A stretch of 63,913 nt of DNA, the filler included, from Octopus bimaculoides (Eukaryota): assembly GCF_001194135.2 (NCBI RefSeq). It is 6 parts of 5 records of this genome, joined end to end, with 100 filler letters (N's around TTAATTAATTAA, not from the genome) between each part and the next. Parts side by side here need not be neighbours in the genome. Positions count along the whole stretch, not along the records: positions 25,253 to 56,239 come from NC_068981.1; 5 more parts are not named here. One strand, given 5' to 3'. The notes under the pieces were generated by a model, which saw nothing but the letters and a program-made list of their open reading frames with translations, made no database searches and was not told the DNA's origin. Positions 25,386 to 38,730 of this stretch are shown piece by piece. The translations under genes were made by a program, and so were the position numbers. Every line of letters starts with the position of its first letter. Positions within the stretch are counted from its first letter, which is position 1.

Positions 25386-25743
25386 CATGTTTGGTTTAAC
25401 GAACTAAAGAAAGAGAACTCGATACTTACAGAGTTGAATATACAATAAGTGAGACAAATTCAGCTGTCATTCAAACGTCTAGTGCTCAGTTCAAAACGAT
25501 GTGTAAAATCCTTGGGAAACTGGCTCAATGCGAAAATCCAGGGCACTGAGTAACTCTACTGTTCTCAGTTCATGTAAGTTTATTCATACACACACAGTCA
25601 CAAACTTGTGTGTTGCGTCTGAGTTGCGTGAGGGTGTGTGTGTGTTCAAGCGCGCGTGTGTGTGTGGTGGATATATGTGTATGTGCATGATACCGGTAAA
25701 CATATATTATAAACACACACACACAAACAAACACACATACACA

Positions 25744-25798
<55 letters not shown>

Positions 25799-26096
25799 AC
25801 GCACAGAAACACACAAACAAAACACACACACTTATATTCATGTAGACATACACACCACTTGTAATGACATTTTAAATATGTATTCACTGGTACGAAATCA
25901 TGTCACAGACTCAAGAGCATAGCTAAATAAATATAAATTAACATAATCCAGCTAATATACACTTTCATTGCGCATATCAATTGTACATTAATATGCCCTA
26001 ATGTAAACCATGAAGCACATGCATGCGTGTGAGTGACTGTATCTGTGTGTATGAATGTGTGTACGTTATTTATGTACACACACACACAGACACACA

Positions 26097-26162
<66 letters not shown>

Positions 26163-26168
<6 letters not shown>

Positions 26169-26312
26169 GTTGTCAGGAAAGTTCGTGCCGATTTATAGTA
26201 GCTGAACTTTCGACATATTTACCATGAAATCACCTCAATTCTGGGAAGAGGGTATTTTCAGGTTAAAGGAAGATGGAGACACATTGTGCAACAAAATGGT
26301 TCATATTTGGTT
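26163..26312 (+). mobile_element. Internally deleted mariner element (5' TIR joined to transposase C-terminus)
   Basis: TA plus ttgggttgtcaggaaagttcgtgccgattt, then KSPQFWEEGIFRLKE/RWRHIVQQNGSYLV (one frameshift), matching the mariner C-terminal pattern FYxxGIxxLxxRWxxxxxxNGxY. Confidence 0.8.
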
Positions 26313-27015
26313 NNNNNNNNNNNNNNNNNNNNNNNNNNNNNNNNNNNNNNNNNNNNNNNNNNNNNNNNNNNNNNNNNNNNNNNNNNNNNNNNNNNNNNNN
26401 NNNNNNNNNNNNNNNNNNNNNNNNNNNNNNNNNNNNNNNNNNNNNNNNNNNNNNNNNNNNNNNNNNNNNNNNNNNNNNNNNNNNNNNNNNNNNNNNNNNN
26501 NNNNNNNNNNNNNNNNNNNNNNNNNNNNNNNNNNNNNNNNNNNNNNNNNNNNNNNNNNNNNNNNNNNNNNNNNNNNNNNNNNNNNNNNNNNNNNNNNNNN
26601 NNNNNNNNNNNNNNNNNNNNNNNNNNNNNNNNNNNNNNNNNNNNNNNNNNNNNNNNNNNNNNNNNNNNNNNNNNNNNNNNNNNNNNNNNNNNNNNNNNNN
26701 NNNNNNNNNNNNNNNNNNNNNNNNNNNNNNNNNNNNNNNNNNNNNNNNNNNNNNNNNNNNNNNNNNNNNNNNNNNNNNNNNNNNNNNNNNNNNNNNNNNN
26801 NNNNNNNNNNNNNNNNNNNNNNNNNNNNNNNNNNNNNNNNNNNNNNNNNNNNNNNNNNNNNNNNNNNNNNNNNNNNNNNNNNNNNNNNNNNNNNNNNNNN
26901 NATATATTATTTGATTCGAGGGCGTGTTGACCTCGTGGTTCAATACCTAGTATTTTGGGAGAATGAAATTCTCTTAAAACCATAGGTATATATGAAACTT
27001 ATAGTTTGTATCCAT

Positions 27016-27352
27016 TTAGAAGAAGGAAAGAAAATGGAGATTAGGAAGTTAATAATTGTTTATAATTAACAACAAATTGGTCATCTTCGCTTCTTACAGC
27101 TGTTTCAATTAATACTTAGTAATATTTAGACTGCTGAAATGAATTGTTAAGCCCACACATAACATCGAAAGGTACATCCTTTTTCCTCTGATGAAATAAT
27201 ACTCATGTCACATAAATGTAAATTTAATGTACAAATTTGCAATTAAATTATTAAATATTAATTGAAACAGCTGTAAGAAGCGAAGGTAACCAATTTGTTG
27301 TTAATAATAAACAAGTATTAACTTCCTAATAACCATTTTCTTTCTTCTAATA
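27016..27352. repeat. Inverted repeat of about 105 bp arms (about 90% identical) around a spacer of about 120 bp
   Basis: ttagaagaa...ggaagttaata...aacaacaaattgg...cttcgcttcttacagctgtttcaattaata versus its reverse complement at about 27245-27352. Confidence 0.85.
27183..27280 (+). ncRNA. Type I hammerhead motif with long stem II loop
   Basis: CTGATGA 27188-27194; GAAAC-AGCT-GTA 27264-27275 (palindromic tetraloop, GUA site). Stem II 7 bp with one bulge; imperfect stem I. Confidence 0.5.
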
Positions 27353-27598
27353 TACACATATATATTTAATGTGAGTGTATAGAGATAAGATTACCCATGA
27401 GTGATAGCTCTGAGGTATATTCCAGTTTTCGGCTAACCACTTCAAGTAGTAATATGTTTTAAAGATCGCTTAGTATTAGCAATCCCGATGTAAGTTTTCT
27501 GATGGTTAACTCCAGATTCGCTTCCGAGGATTATGAATATTATGAGGAATGTAGATTTCAAACAATTATAAAGAATGCAGAGACTGATGATGATGATG

Positions 27599-27642
<44 letters not shown>

Positions 27643-27878
27643 NNNNNNNNNNNNNNNNNNNNNNNNNNNNNNNNNNNNNNNNNNNNNNNNNNNNNNNNNN
27701 NNNNNNNNNNNNNNNNNNNNNNNNNNNNNNNNNNNNNNNNNNNNNNNNNNNNNNNNNNNNNNNNNNNNNNNNNNNNNNNNNNNNNNNNNNNNNNNNNNNN
27801 NNNNNNNNNNNNNNNNNNNNNNNNNNNNCATGCATACGAATATAAAAGAAAGTAAGCGAGAGAGAGAGAGAGAGAGAG

Positions 27879-27918
<40 letters not shown>

Positions 27919-28661
27919 AAGAGAGAGAGAGGGAGAAAGACATAAATATATATATAGGTTTGGAAACCAAAAATTGAAAATTTGTATGTTTTGGGATGGC
28001 ACGGTTCTGCATCATGTCGTGTTGCTATACCATGTTTCTAACAAGACGTGATGTAGCGTGAACTCACTTGGCGAAACGTTGTGTGATTTGCCTTCAAATG
28101 CTATATCGTAACGTGTCGGTGTAACGTGACTGAGTTGGACATTTTGTGGTGTGACATTGCGTGACGTATAATGAATTAGTTTGCTATAGCTTATATAACT
28201 TGGCTGAGCCTGACTATTTTTATGTTGCTGTATTGTTCATATTATATTATACATTTTTTTTCTTGCTGCAGGGCTGCCTGCTATCGAACAGACTTAGAAT
28301 AAAAGCCATTCTAGTTATGACCATCTCACCTGTTTTTCAAACGCATTGCCTCCCGGGTTAAATTATGAATGAATGATTCCTCTTAGAACACATTAGTATA
28401 TGATTTAACGGGAGTATTGCTGCTATTTTTGACAGGTTTTGTGATTACGTTAGAGATATCTTCTCGAAGTTTTCAACGCAGTTTTATTGTGTTACGGTGT
28501 AATATACGACAATACTACTTAAGAATGTGTCTTGTTGTTGCTGTTTTTATAGTTGCTATTTGTGTCCAGCAAAACTTTAACCAATGACGTTTCAACCGTC
28601 ATGTTTCTGTTACATCCACTTAAACATAACTACATTAATCTAATATATATATATATTTAAA

Positions 28662-28767
28662 TATTGGGTTGTCCGGAAAGTTCGTGCCGATTTTTAAGGA
28701 AAAGCTAAAGGTCAATAAATACTTGCCATTACATTTTTAATCAACCAAATATGAACCGTTTTGTTTC
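28662..28767 (-). mobile_element. Mariner 3' end (same family as 26163)
   Basis: Reverse complement reads caa aac ggt tca tat ttg gtt gat taa, then 3' UTR, the TIR ttgggttgtccggaaagttcgtgccgattt and TA. Confidence 0.8.
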
Positions 28768-28777
28768 NNNNNNNNNN

Positions 28778-28817
<40 letters not shown>

Positions 28818-28914
28818 CGTATACATATTTAAGTAGTTTATCAGTTATTTCTAATAGATCAAGCGAGGAAGCCTCCTTTTTGTTTTTGTCATTTACAAGC
28901 GCGGACAAAGCTGG

Positions 28915-29305
28915 GTTTTCAGGTTCAGTCGCGTACGTGACACATTAGGCAACTGTCTTCTACTATAACACTGGGACGACCAAAATCTATGTGAGTGAGT
29001 TTGGTAGATAGAAACAGTTGGGAAGCACGTCGTATATGTAGAGATATATGTGTGTGTGTGTGTGTGTGTGTGCTTATGTGCATCCGTGTGTGTCTTTGTC
29101 TCCGTGTATGTCTATGTGTGCGTGTGTGCGCACTCGCGCATATGTATGTGTGTCTTTGTATTTGCTTTCGTCTACGCACTACTTGACAACCAGTTTTGGT
29201 TGCTTTTCGTCTCCATAACTTCACGCTTCTGGAGTTTATATATTGAACTAAACCCTCCAAAGTACTGTCTCAGTATTAGCGCAATACCAGAAACAAGTAA
29301 AGGAT
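28915..29305 (+). mobile_element. SINE family A, old copy
   Basis: ggttcagtc...ggcaactgtcttctactataac...gagtttggtagatagaaac...cttgacaaccag. Confidence 0.65.
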
Positions 29306-31022
29306 AAGAGATTTTAACACTAGTTCAGCACTTACTGAACAGAATTTTAGGCACAGCTATTCCAGATTTGACTATTGCCTATGTTTGTTGTCATGGACTT
29401 ATCATCCACTGTATATCTTCACCTCTAAGAGATTATGTTTTAAAAGGACAGATATATATATTTGCTTATCCGCAGTTCAAACGTCAACGAGTAGACATAT
29501 GTCACATCTTCATTTGAGCCGCGAATGCTCAGTTTTTCAAATTTTCAAATTTTCTCTATAGAATTATCAATGCTTCCGTGATCATTTACGTGTTTCAGAC
29601 AGCAGAATCTGACCTTAGGGAGAAGTTACTGCTATTTATAATCAGAAGAGTAACTCGAGAGAAGCCCACCTCTTTAGCTCCAATCTAAAGATGGTTTGCT
29701 ATAGCAGCTGCAATGTACAATAGTTTCTTGAAGCGTCGCATACTGTCGTGGTTTCCCTGCTGACTCTTACAATGCAAGTTTCTCTGGGATATCAGATACA
29801 GCATTGATAGGCGTGAGGTGTTGGCTGGGAGATGATGTTGCAATGAAACGATCACGGAAGAAATCTTCCGTATAAAATCCAATTAGAATTATTGAAACCA
29901 CTTTATCCATGGAACATAAAGAGATGCAGATTATTTCTAACGTTCTTTGTTTTATTTGAATTGTCCGTTAAGTTTGCTTTGGATTGGTTTGGTAAATTGG
30001 TATAAAATGTATATATGTGTGTGCGTGTGTGAGTGTGCATGTGTGAGTGTGAGTGCGTGTATGCGCGCAGGTGTGTCTATGTGTATGTATATATACTTTT
30101 ACCTTTCTCTCTGTCTCATCTCTTTATATATATATACACACACTCTCTCTACATATATATGTGTATATATATATATACACACACTCTCTCTACGTATATA
30201 TGTGTGTATATANNNNNNNNNNNNNNNNNNNNNNNNNNNNNNNNNNNNNNNNNNNNNNNNNNNNNNNNNNNNNNNNNNNNNNNNNNNNNNNNNNNNNNNN
30301 NNNNNNNNNNNNNNNNNNNNNNNNNNNNNNNNNNNNNNNNNNNNNNNNNNNNNNNNNNNNNNNNNNNNNNNNNNNNNNNNNNNNNNNNNNNNNNNNNNNN
30401 NNNNNNNNNNNNNNNNNNNNNNNNNNNNNNNNNNNNNNNNNNNNNNNNNNNNNNNNNNNNNNNNNNNNNNNNNNNNNNNNNNNNNNNNNNNNNNNNNNNN
30501 NNNNNNNNNNNNTGTATGTATGTATGTAGGTAGGTAGGTAGGTATGTAGGTAGGTAGGCAGGCTGAATATTATATGTAATTTGTCTCGACTCTACGCATG
30601 TCAAGGAATCCAACGACTTTTGGTTTAGAAGGTTTTTTTCTTATTTTCTAAAACGGAATAGATGGATAAACGAACTAATGGCGTTTGTGCTGCTCTGGTA
30701 GTAGAGTTTAACAAAAATCTGGTGTTTTATGTTATAGAGAAATGCAGCCAAATACATTATACAGCTACAGAAAATTTTGGCTATGCTTCATAGATCTTTT
30801 TATTTTTACGATGTGACTACAGATGTTTCAATACAGAACTTTGCAATTGTCACCTTTTACAAGAAGTTTGCTTATAGGAGTTTTCCCATTCTGAATCTAA
30901 CTCCTATTCCTCTTGCTTTCACTTTTCGTGTACAGTAATGTTACACACAAGATTTTTGCAAAACATTTAACATAGTTATGATAGTATAACATTCCTTCTA
31001 GCGTCCTAGAGAATATAAAGGT

Positions 31023-31170
31023 ATAGGCGCAGATCTGGCTATGTGGTAAGGAGCGTGCTCTCCAACCATATGGTTTCCGGGTTCAGTTCCGCTGCGTGAT
31101 ACCTTGGGCAAGCGTCTTCGACTATAGCCATGTGAGTGGATTTGGTAGAAAATTGAAAAAGCCCCATCGT
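31023..31170 (+). mobile_element. SINE family A, 5' half running into (CA)n and a gap
   Basis: aggcgcagatctggctatgtggtaag...gggttcagttccgctgcgtgataccttgggcaag. Confidence 0.85.
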
Positions 31171-31185
31171 GTACACACGCCAGAG

Positions 31186-31250
<65 letters not shown>

Positions 31251-32019
31251 NNNNNNNNNNNNNNNNNNNNNNNNNNNNNNNNNNNNNNNNNNNNNNNNNN
31301 NNNNNNNNNNNNNNNNNNNNNNNNNNNNNNNNNNNNNNNNNNNNNNNNNNNNNNNNNNNNNNNNNNNNNNNNNNNNNNNNNNNNNNNNNNNNNNNNNNNN
31401 NNNNNNNNNNNNNNNNNNNNNNNNNNNNNNNNNNNNNNNNNNNNNNNNNNNNNNNNNNNNNNNNNNNNNNNNNNNNNNNNNNNNNNNNNNNNNNNNNNNN
31501 NNNNNNNNNNNNNNNNNNNNNNNNNNNNNNNNNNNNNNNNNNNNNNNNNNNNNNNNNNNNNNNNNNNNNNNNNNNNNNNNNNNNNNNNNNNNNNNNNNNN
31601 NNNNNNNNNNGTGTGTGTGTGTGTGTGTGTGCGTGTATTATAATCTTCCAATACTGAAACATGTGTAGTTCCTAATTTTAAATTAAGTAGGAGATAATTA
31701 AGGAAGTATATTTTATACCCTGCTGGCATACTGGTTATATCTTTCAAAGTATTATTTCATGATGTGCAAATAGATGCCACGAGTTCACCTTCAGATATAC
31801 CCATTGGGTTATTTTTTGTTTTAACGGAAATAGAATACCCGCATATCTATTAATCCCAAAAGTTAAATTATTATTGTTTTCTATTATATATTTTGAATAT
31901 TTCTAGATAAATATATAAATATATGATAATCAAGACCCTCACTGTGCGATATGCAGATGCATGTAATGCTAAAGGGTTGTACCTGATTGGTTTGGAAATT
32001 CGTTTTCCCAAAAGTATTT

Positions 32020-32107
<88 letters not shown>

Positions 32108-32134
32108 CATGTATATATATATTTATGTGTGTGT

Positions 32135-32350
32135 GTTTTGTGTCAGTGTTTGTCCTCCCACCGTCGCTTGACAACTGATGCTGGTATGTTTACGTCCCCA
32201 TTCCTAGCGGTTCGGCATAAAAAATCGATAGAATAAGTATTATGCTAAAAAAAAAAGCATAAGTCCTGGAATCGATTTCTTCGACTAAGACCCTTTAAGG
32301 CGGTGCTCCAGCATGGCCACATTCAAATGACTGAAACGTGTAAAAGAATA
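32135..32350 (+). mobile_element. SINE family A, 3' half
   Basis: gtttgtcctcccaccgtcgcttgacaac...agcggttcggc...ggcggtgctccagcatggcc...gtaaaagaataa. Confidence 0.85.
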
Positions 32351-32515
32351 AACGAATAAGGGAATATGAGGATAACTGAGAACAATGAGTTCTGCTGGCG
32401 AATATTCTTTACAGTTTCTCTGTTCGGTAGATAATGTTTAAGCTACAAGTGGACCACCATTGCAGAGTGATAATAGTGGGACCTGCCTGAAAAAAGGGAT
32501 CTCTAGAATGTCAAC

Positions 32516-32516
<1 letters not shown>

Positions 32517-32554
<38 letters not shown>

Positions 32555-32841
32555 CAGTAGTAGCAGTAGTAGTAGTAGTAGTAGTAGTAGTAGTCGCGGT
32601 TGTGGTGGTGGTAGTAGTAGTAGTAGCAGCAGTGGTGGTGGTTGTAGCAGTGGTGGTGGTGGTAGTAGTAGTAGTAGTAGCAGCAGCGGCGGTGGTTGTG
32701 GCGGTTGTGGTGGTAGTAGTAGTAGTAGTAGTAGTTGTTGTAATACTAGTATTTGTAGTAATGGTGGTGGTGGTGGTGGTGGTGGTGGTGGTGGTGGTGG
32801 TGGTGGTTGTGGTGGTAGTAGCAGTAGTAGTAGTAGTTGTT

Positions 32842-32887
<46 letters not shown>

Positions 32888-32915
32888 GCTAGTGATGTTA
32901 TTTAGTAGTGGTGAT
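32517..32915. repeat. Compound (AGT/AGC/GGT)n trinucleotide microsatellite
   Basis: Directly visible. Confidence 0.95.
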
Positions 32916-33163
32916 GGGATGATAAATGTTTGAAGCATTATTTTGGAAATAAAACGAAATATACATGAAGAGATGGGTGGAGAAAGGGAGAGGAAAGAAG
33001 ACATGAATAGATAATCCGTTAATCTGTAAGATTACGGAATTTGAATGGAAGATTTCAAATATATCTCAGTAACGTTTACTGTAGAATGAGTTTTCAAACA
33101 GTTTTCGATAATTGACAGTTGCTATTCGAGTTTCACGTCCATCGCGTGCACCATCTCTCAGTG

Positions 33164-33165
<2 letters not shown>

Positions 33166-33241
<76 letters not shown>

Positions 33242-33300
33242 AAAAAAGAGAGAAAGAAAGAAAGAAATATAAAGGAAGAAAGAGAAAGAAAGAAAGAAAT

Positions 33301-33359
<59 letters not shown>

Positions 33360-33464
33360 AGAGAAAGGAAGAACGATAGAAAGAATGAACGAAAGAAAGA
33401 AAGAAAGAAAGGAAGAAAGAAAGGAAGAAAGAAAGAAAGAAAGAAAAAGAAAGGAAGGAAGGAA

Positions 33465-33501
<37 letters not shown>

Positions 33502-33514
33502 GAAGAAAGAAATA

Positions 33515-33546
<32 letters not shown>

Positions 33547-33548
33547 GA
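33166..33548. repeat. (AAAG)n polypurine microsatellite, about 380 bp
   Basis: Directly visible. Confidence 0.95.
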
Positions 33549-34179
33549 TAGAAGTCTGAAAATTATTTGAGTAGTTAAAAGTAAAAATTACTGAGTCAAT
33601 GAATGATTTTCAAAAAGTAACTTAGTCCAGCTAAGAATTGGTGAGATGCAGATGGTTTGCAGTTCTGCCAGTGTGTAGAACTTACAGCGTGCAGGTATCA
33701 CAGGTGATAGTAGGCCATCAAGGTTATGACGTTAGCTGTGGAGGGAGCCTAGGTTAATTCAAGGCTGCTGTGAATCAGGTGTGAGCCCTGGAAGAGACAG
33801 TGCTAAGGGTGGTAGTGCTAACTGGACAAAAGCTGACGTTTCATCGACCCTAACTTGGTCGCCTGGGTGAAGGAAAGTAAAAGTGCCTGATGTTGAAAGA
33901 CCCAAAACAGGTAATGATCCCATGAGACGTCACCAATAATGTGTTTAGGGGTGCATCACAAATTGATGTTAGTAACAATCAATTATCACATGGGTGCTTA
34001 TACGGGTCATGTAAAAAAACCATACTGCACAAATGAAGGAAGAAATATTAAAAAAAAAAAAACACCACGTAAAGAGACCTTTCAAAAAAACAGACTCAAT
34101 GGACCGGATTAATAAAATATTGAGCAGCGATTCATTCTCACGATTTTTGTTATAAATGCAAACTAAATTCAAGTTACAA

Positions 34180-34344
34180 TGCAGCAACAGAAGGTCTATA
34201 CTCCGACGATTTCACGAAAAGCCTTTGAGAAGACGAAGGCAATCAAATATGGATGAAGTTTTTAAAAATGCAATGGCGGATAAGTACAGGACTCAAAGCC
34301 AGAGTCGAAGACCTTTTATTATTGCATTAGGGGACCAAAGTCTT
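34180..34344 (+). mobile_element. R4/Dong-clade fragment (region between RT and CCHC zinc knuckle)
   Basis: Across frameshifts reads RFHEKPL...MQWRISTGLKA/FIIALGDQSL, similar to WxxKPLHG...WLxxxGLKAETEGFIIAAQDQSL. Confidence 0.6.
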
Positions 34345-34659
34345 NNNNNNNNNNNNNNNNNNNNNNNNNNNNNNNNNNNNNNNNNNNNNNNNNNNNNNNN
34401 NNNNNNNNNNNNNNNNNNNNNNNNNNNNNNNNNNNNNNNNNNNNNNNNNNNNNNNNNNNNNNNNNNNNNNNNNNNNNNNNNNNNNNNNNNNNNNNNNNNN
34501 NNNNNNNNNNNNNNNNNNNNNNNNNNNNNNNNNNNNNNNNNNNNNNNNNNNNNNNNNNNNNNNNNNNNNNNNNNNNNNNNNNNNNNNNGAGAAAGGGGAT
34601 TAGATTCTCTTCCTGAGAAAAATACGTTGTCTCTGATAGATTCCTGTACATTTAGTGGG

Positions 34660-35275
34660 TATGTTTTCCTCGCTATATTATCCCTGACGGGGATGCTTTC
34701 AGTATACATCAAATAATTCCTATCTTCTATATCACATCCAGTGAAATATCACCATGGACTCCTTCAATTCTATACTTCAGTCCATGTTTCATTGCACTCT
34801 GCGCCCTTATTTATAAAAGGTACGATCTTGAATTTTAGATCCCACATTTTTATAATTTCGATTATCAGGTCTTTGTATTTGAAACGTTTGTTTCTCTATT
34901 TCTTCCACATATATATTCTTATCAGATGGGCATGCCACATCAATCAGTATATAGCTCTTTTCTTGGTTATCTTTGATGGCAATGTCAGAGTGATTAGCTC
35001 TTATCTCCTTGTCTGTATATATTTGCATATCCTCAATAGTGCTCGTATTATTATTCTGCGTGATTGCTTTCGGTTTACGCATATATCATTTGTCATCAGC
35101 GAGGAATTTCAGCTGTTTGCATATTTCCCGGTGAATGCAACTAGCTTCATTCTTATGTCTATGAAGTTAGTCAGATATGGTCAAAGTTGGACATCAAATC
35201 ACAGTCTGAACTATAATTTATTCAGATTGATTACACATGCATTACTCAGGTTTTATTTCTGATTAAGTAATATTA
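34660..35275 (-). mobile_element. R4/Dong-clade 3' fragment (CCHC knuckle plus PD-(D/E)xK restriction-like endonuclease)
   Basis: CMCNQSE*IIVQTVI*CPTL...HRH...DMQIYTDKEIRANHSDIAIKDNQEKSYILIDVACPSDKNI...EK/KYKDLIIEIIKMWDLKFKIVP. Confidence 0.85.
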
Positions 35276-35697
35276 TCTTTGTTGCTATTGTTGTTGTTGT
35301 TACAGCCATTATTATTATATGAGTGGTGCCCAGTTGAAAGTCACTGGAGTTGAGCAGCGATTATGAAGCTTAAGGTTTCCTCTTTCAAAATCGAGCTTTT
35401 TAACAGCCTGTACCATTGCTTTTTCTTTTTTTGTCTTAATCCAATCTATTTATTCTTATGGAAACGAAGCAAGTATTGTTCCAATGTGTTGCTAATTTTG
35501 ATTTTCTTATACAACGTTTCTGACTTATTATTCTTATCTCTGGCTTTTTCGGTCGATATTTTTTCTATGTTCAATTCGAAGCTTTTATTTGATTTTTTTT
35601 TTTGTTTTTGTTTTTTGTGGGGAGTGGTTTAATGCGTCTGTATAATGACTTCGTATTTGTGAATATATATGTGTAGAAGAGAGAGAGAGACAGAGAA

Positions 35698-35738
<41 letters not shown>

Positions 35739-36116
35739 GTGACAGAGAGAGACAGACAGAGAAAGAGAGAAAGAAAGAAAAACTGAGTGAAAGATTTGTA
35801 TCTGTATGCGTCTAGGCCTCTCTGTACGTTGGCGAGTGATTCTGTGTTTCTCCGTACGTTTTTGCTATTGTAATACAGGTTCTCTCTNNNNNNNNNNNNN
35901 NNNNNNNNNNNNNNNNNNNNNNNNNNNNNNNNNNNNNNNNNNNNNNNNNNNNNNNNNNNNNNNNNNNNNNNNNNNNNNNNNNNNNNNNNNNNNNNNNNNN
36001 NNNNNNNNNNNNNNNNNNNNNNNNNNNNNNNNNNNNNNNNNNNNNNNNNNNNNNNNNNNNNNNNNNNNNNNNNNNNNNNNNNNNNNNNNNNNNNNNNNNN
36101 NNNNNNNNNNNNNNNN

Positions 36117-36147
<31 letters not shown>

Positions 36148-36351
36148 CGCCACAGCTTCTTTCAACTAAATTACATTGAGATCTTGCTCACTCCGAGGCC
36201 CATATAAAAAAAAACAATCATGTGTAGTGGGAATCGAACGCAGTGACATACAGTTACGAGCTGACGTTCTTGATAACACAATTTGGACGGCTATTGTGGA
36301 CATTTGTAAATGAAAATATTTCTAAAATATAATCAATTACTTATACAATAA

Positions 36352-36580
36352 GCGTAGCTCGAGAGTGTTGAACTCTCAGTCGCGAGATCGTGGTTTCGAA
36401 TCTCAGATCGGCAAAACTTCATATTTCCCGTTGATCCACTCCACTCCACTCAGGATGGGTAATCCTGCGATGGGCAAGCGTTCCGTTGAGGAGAAAGGTT
36501 GGCCTGCCCACCTAGCCGTCCAGGTGACAGCGTTCGAAAGGGAAAACAATATGAAGCGCATTGTGACCAGCAGTGTATAC
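36352..36580 (+). mobile_element. tRNA-headed SINE, family D (V-domain-like cctgcgatgg motif)
   Basis: gcgtagctcgagagtgttgaactctcagtcgcgagatcgtggtttcgaatctcag head; aatcctgcgatgg; tail aagcgcattgtgaccag. Confidence 0.55.
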
Positions 36581-36650
36581 CGATACATATATGTATATGT
36601 GTATATATATATATATGTTTATGTTTATCACAAGCATATACTCACTCTTT

Positions 36651-36736
<86 letters not shown>

Positions 36737-37789
36737 NNNNNNNNNNTGAGTAACAGCCTCTGACATTTTAACGAAAATATGTAGGGTTGCACATTACCTT
36801 TGTAAAAGTGCATCATTTTCAGAGTCTGCTTCACTGTTCTTTTTTTGTTTTTTTTTTGTTTTTTTTTTTGTTTTTTTTTCTCCTAATGTCTTACTTAAGG
36901 TTTTTCGAGTGACTCAGTATACTGCTCGATGTTAACGGGGTAATCACTTTCGAGAAAATCAGAGACAATGACGCACTTTTCTTCCCCCAAAATAATTTAA
37001 TCTTTTATCAACTCTCAGAAATGAATCAGTCGAGCAACTGTATTTTTTCAAGCTCCACCAGATGCAGGCTCATTACATTAACTTTCTTGGATGTGATTTC
37101 ATACGATGTGATGTCACTCACACACGAGCGAGTTACTGTAGTTTCAGTTAAGATTGTCTGTCCTATGAGCCAAGAAAATACGATTGTATTTTATAGCCAC
37201 CCCGCACACCAAGCTAAAGGTAAACTTTTTAAAACCCTCACTACGCATCACACTTAAATTTGACAAAGGTGATTTAAGCAAATTTTCCTTACATCTTTTT
37301 ATAATCTTTTATTTGTACCATGTACGCACGAGGTTGAGATTGATGATGATTTCATTTGTGAAGATACACAGTTTTGAATCCTCAAGTTCAGCTGTCGATA
37401 AACAGTAGCCAGGTCATTCTTCTATCAAATAGCACTGAACAAATCATTCATGTCTTTGCATGTGTAATCAAATACCATTAAGGTGAACTGCAACTTATTA
37501 ATTCTTCTGCAAGATTCCTCTATCAAATCTCACTCTTCTAACATGTAAAATGAATCGTTTGCTTTCCTTTAACCTTCCTGTTTTTCTAACATCAAGCAAA
37601 CAAAAATAAAACAGAAACATTTAGCAAGTAAAAGAAATGTCTCATGGCATTCGTATCGACTCTTTAAGTTTTGAGCTGAAATGACGCTGACTCCATTTGT
37701 GCTATTCATCATTCACTCGTCGATAAACAAAAATACTAATTGGCTAATCCCACTTCGCTCTCCTTCTGCGTAAATTACTAACCATCAAT

Positions 37790-38205
37790 GGGCGTCGAGC
37801 TGGCAGAAACGTTAGCACGCCGGGCGAAATGCTTAGCAGTATTTCATCTGCCGTTATGTGCTGAGTTCAAATTCCGCCGAGGTTGACTTTGCTTTTCATC
37901 CATTCGGGGTCAATAAATTAAGTACCAGTCGCGTACTGGTGTCGACTAGCCCCCGCCTTCAAAATTTTGGACCTCGTGTCTTCAGTAGAAAAGAATGTTA
38001 TATTTTATTCGGTGTGCTGCAAGAATCGTTAGCACGTCGGACGAAGTGTTTAGTAGCATTTTGTCCGCTTTTACGTTCTGATTTCATATACTGTCGAGGC
38101 TGACTTTACCTTTCGTCCTTCCTGAGTCGAAAATAGTATTTGAGCACCGGGGTCGATGTAATCAACCTGTCCCTTCCCCCAAAATTTGTGCTTATAATAG
38201 AAATA
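37790..38205 (+). mobile_element. Two consecutive SINE family B copies (37790-38005; 38015-38205)
   Basis: Both show gttagcacg...gtcga...gtagaaa/atagaaa tails. Confidence 0.85.
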
Positions 38206-38356
38206 ATTATTATTGTTTTTATTGCTATACATATTATTATTGGTTTTATTATTATTTTCATTTATGTTGTCTCTTGACCTCCATCTTCTTTCAGCTAGTG
38301 CGTATGTCGTTTGAAGACATCAGCATATTGTAATAGTATGTATGTATGTATGTATG

Positions 38357-38394
<38 letters not shown>

Positions 38395-38395
38395 A

Positions 38396-38449
<54 letters not shown>

Positions 38450-38458
38450 GCGTATGTA

Positions 38459-38506
<48 letters not shown>

Positions 38507-38730
38507 TATATATGTATGTGTGTATGTTTTATGTATAAACGTGCGTATCAGTGTTAGAGCAGATGCGTTCACCTACATTTATGTACATACGCATGTACAT
38601 AGGCATGTGTGTCTATATGCACGCTGTGTGCGTGGGTACGTTTGTGTGTGTGTGAGTTCGTGCCAGACTGTGTGTGTTTATGCATATTTCTAAAAGGCTT
38701 GCCATTTATTTAGGTTAATTATTCATTTCC

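Noticed and set aside
29740-29912. Minus-strand short frame MDKVVSIILIGFYTEDFF... with a GTAAGA donor
   Set aside because: No recognisable homology, no convincing acceptor; compatible with chance.
32460-32933. 157 aa Ser/Gly/Cys-rich loricrin-like ORF
   Set aside because: Translation of a compound AGT/GGT/AGC microsatellite; overlapping frames give poly-V and poly-L/P equally well.
33112-33570. KKER-repeat ORF
   Set aside because: (AAAG)n microsatellite.
33780-33930. Possible PLE C-terminus (LVTSHGII..FGSFN) and GAAACGTC on the minus strand
   Set aside because: Peptide match too short, and no CUGANGA upstream.
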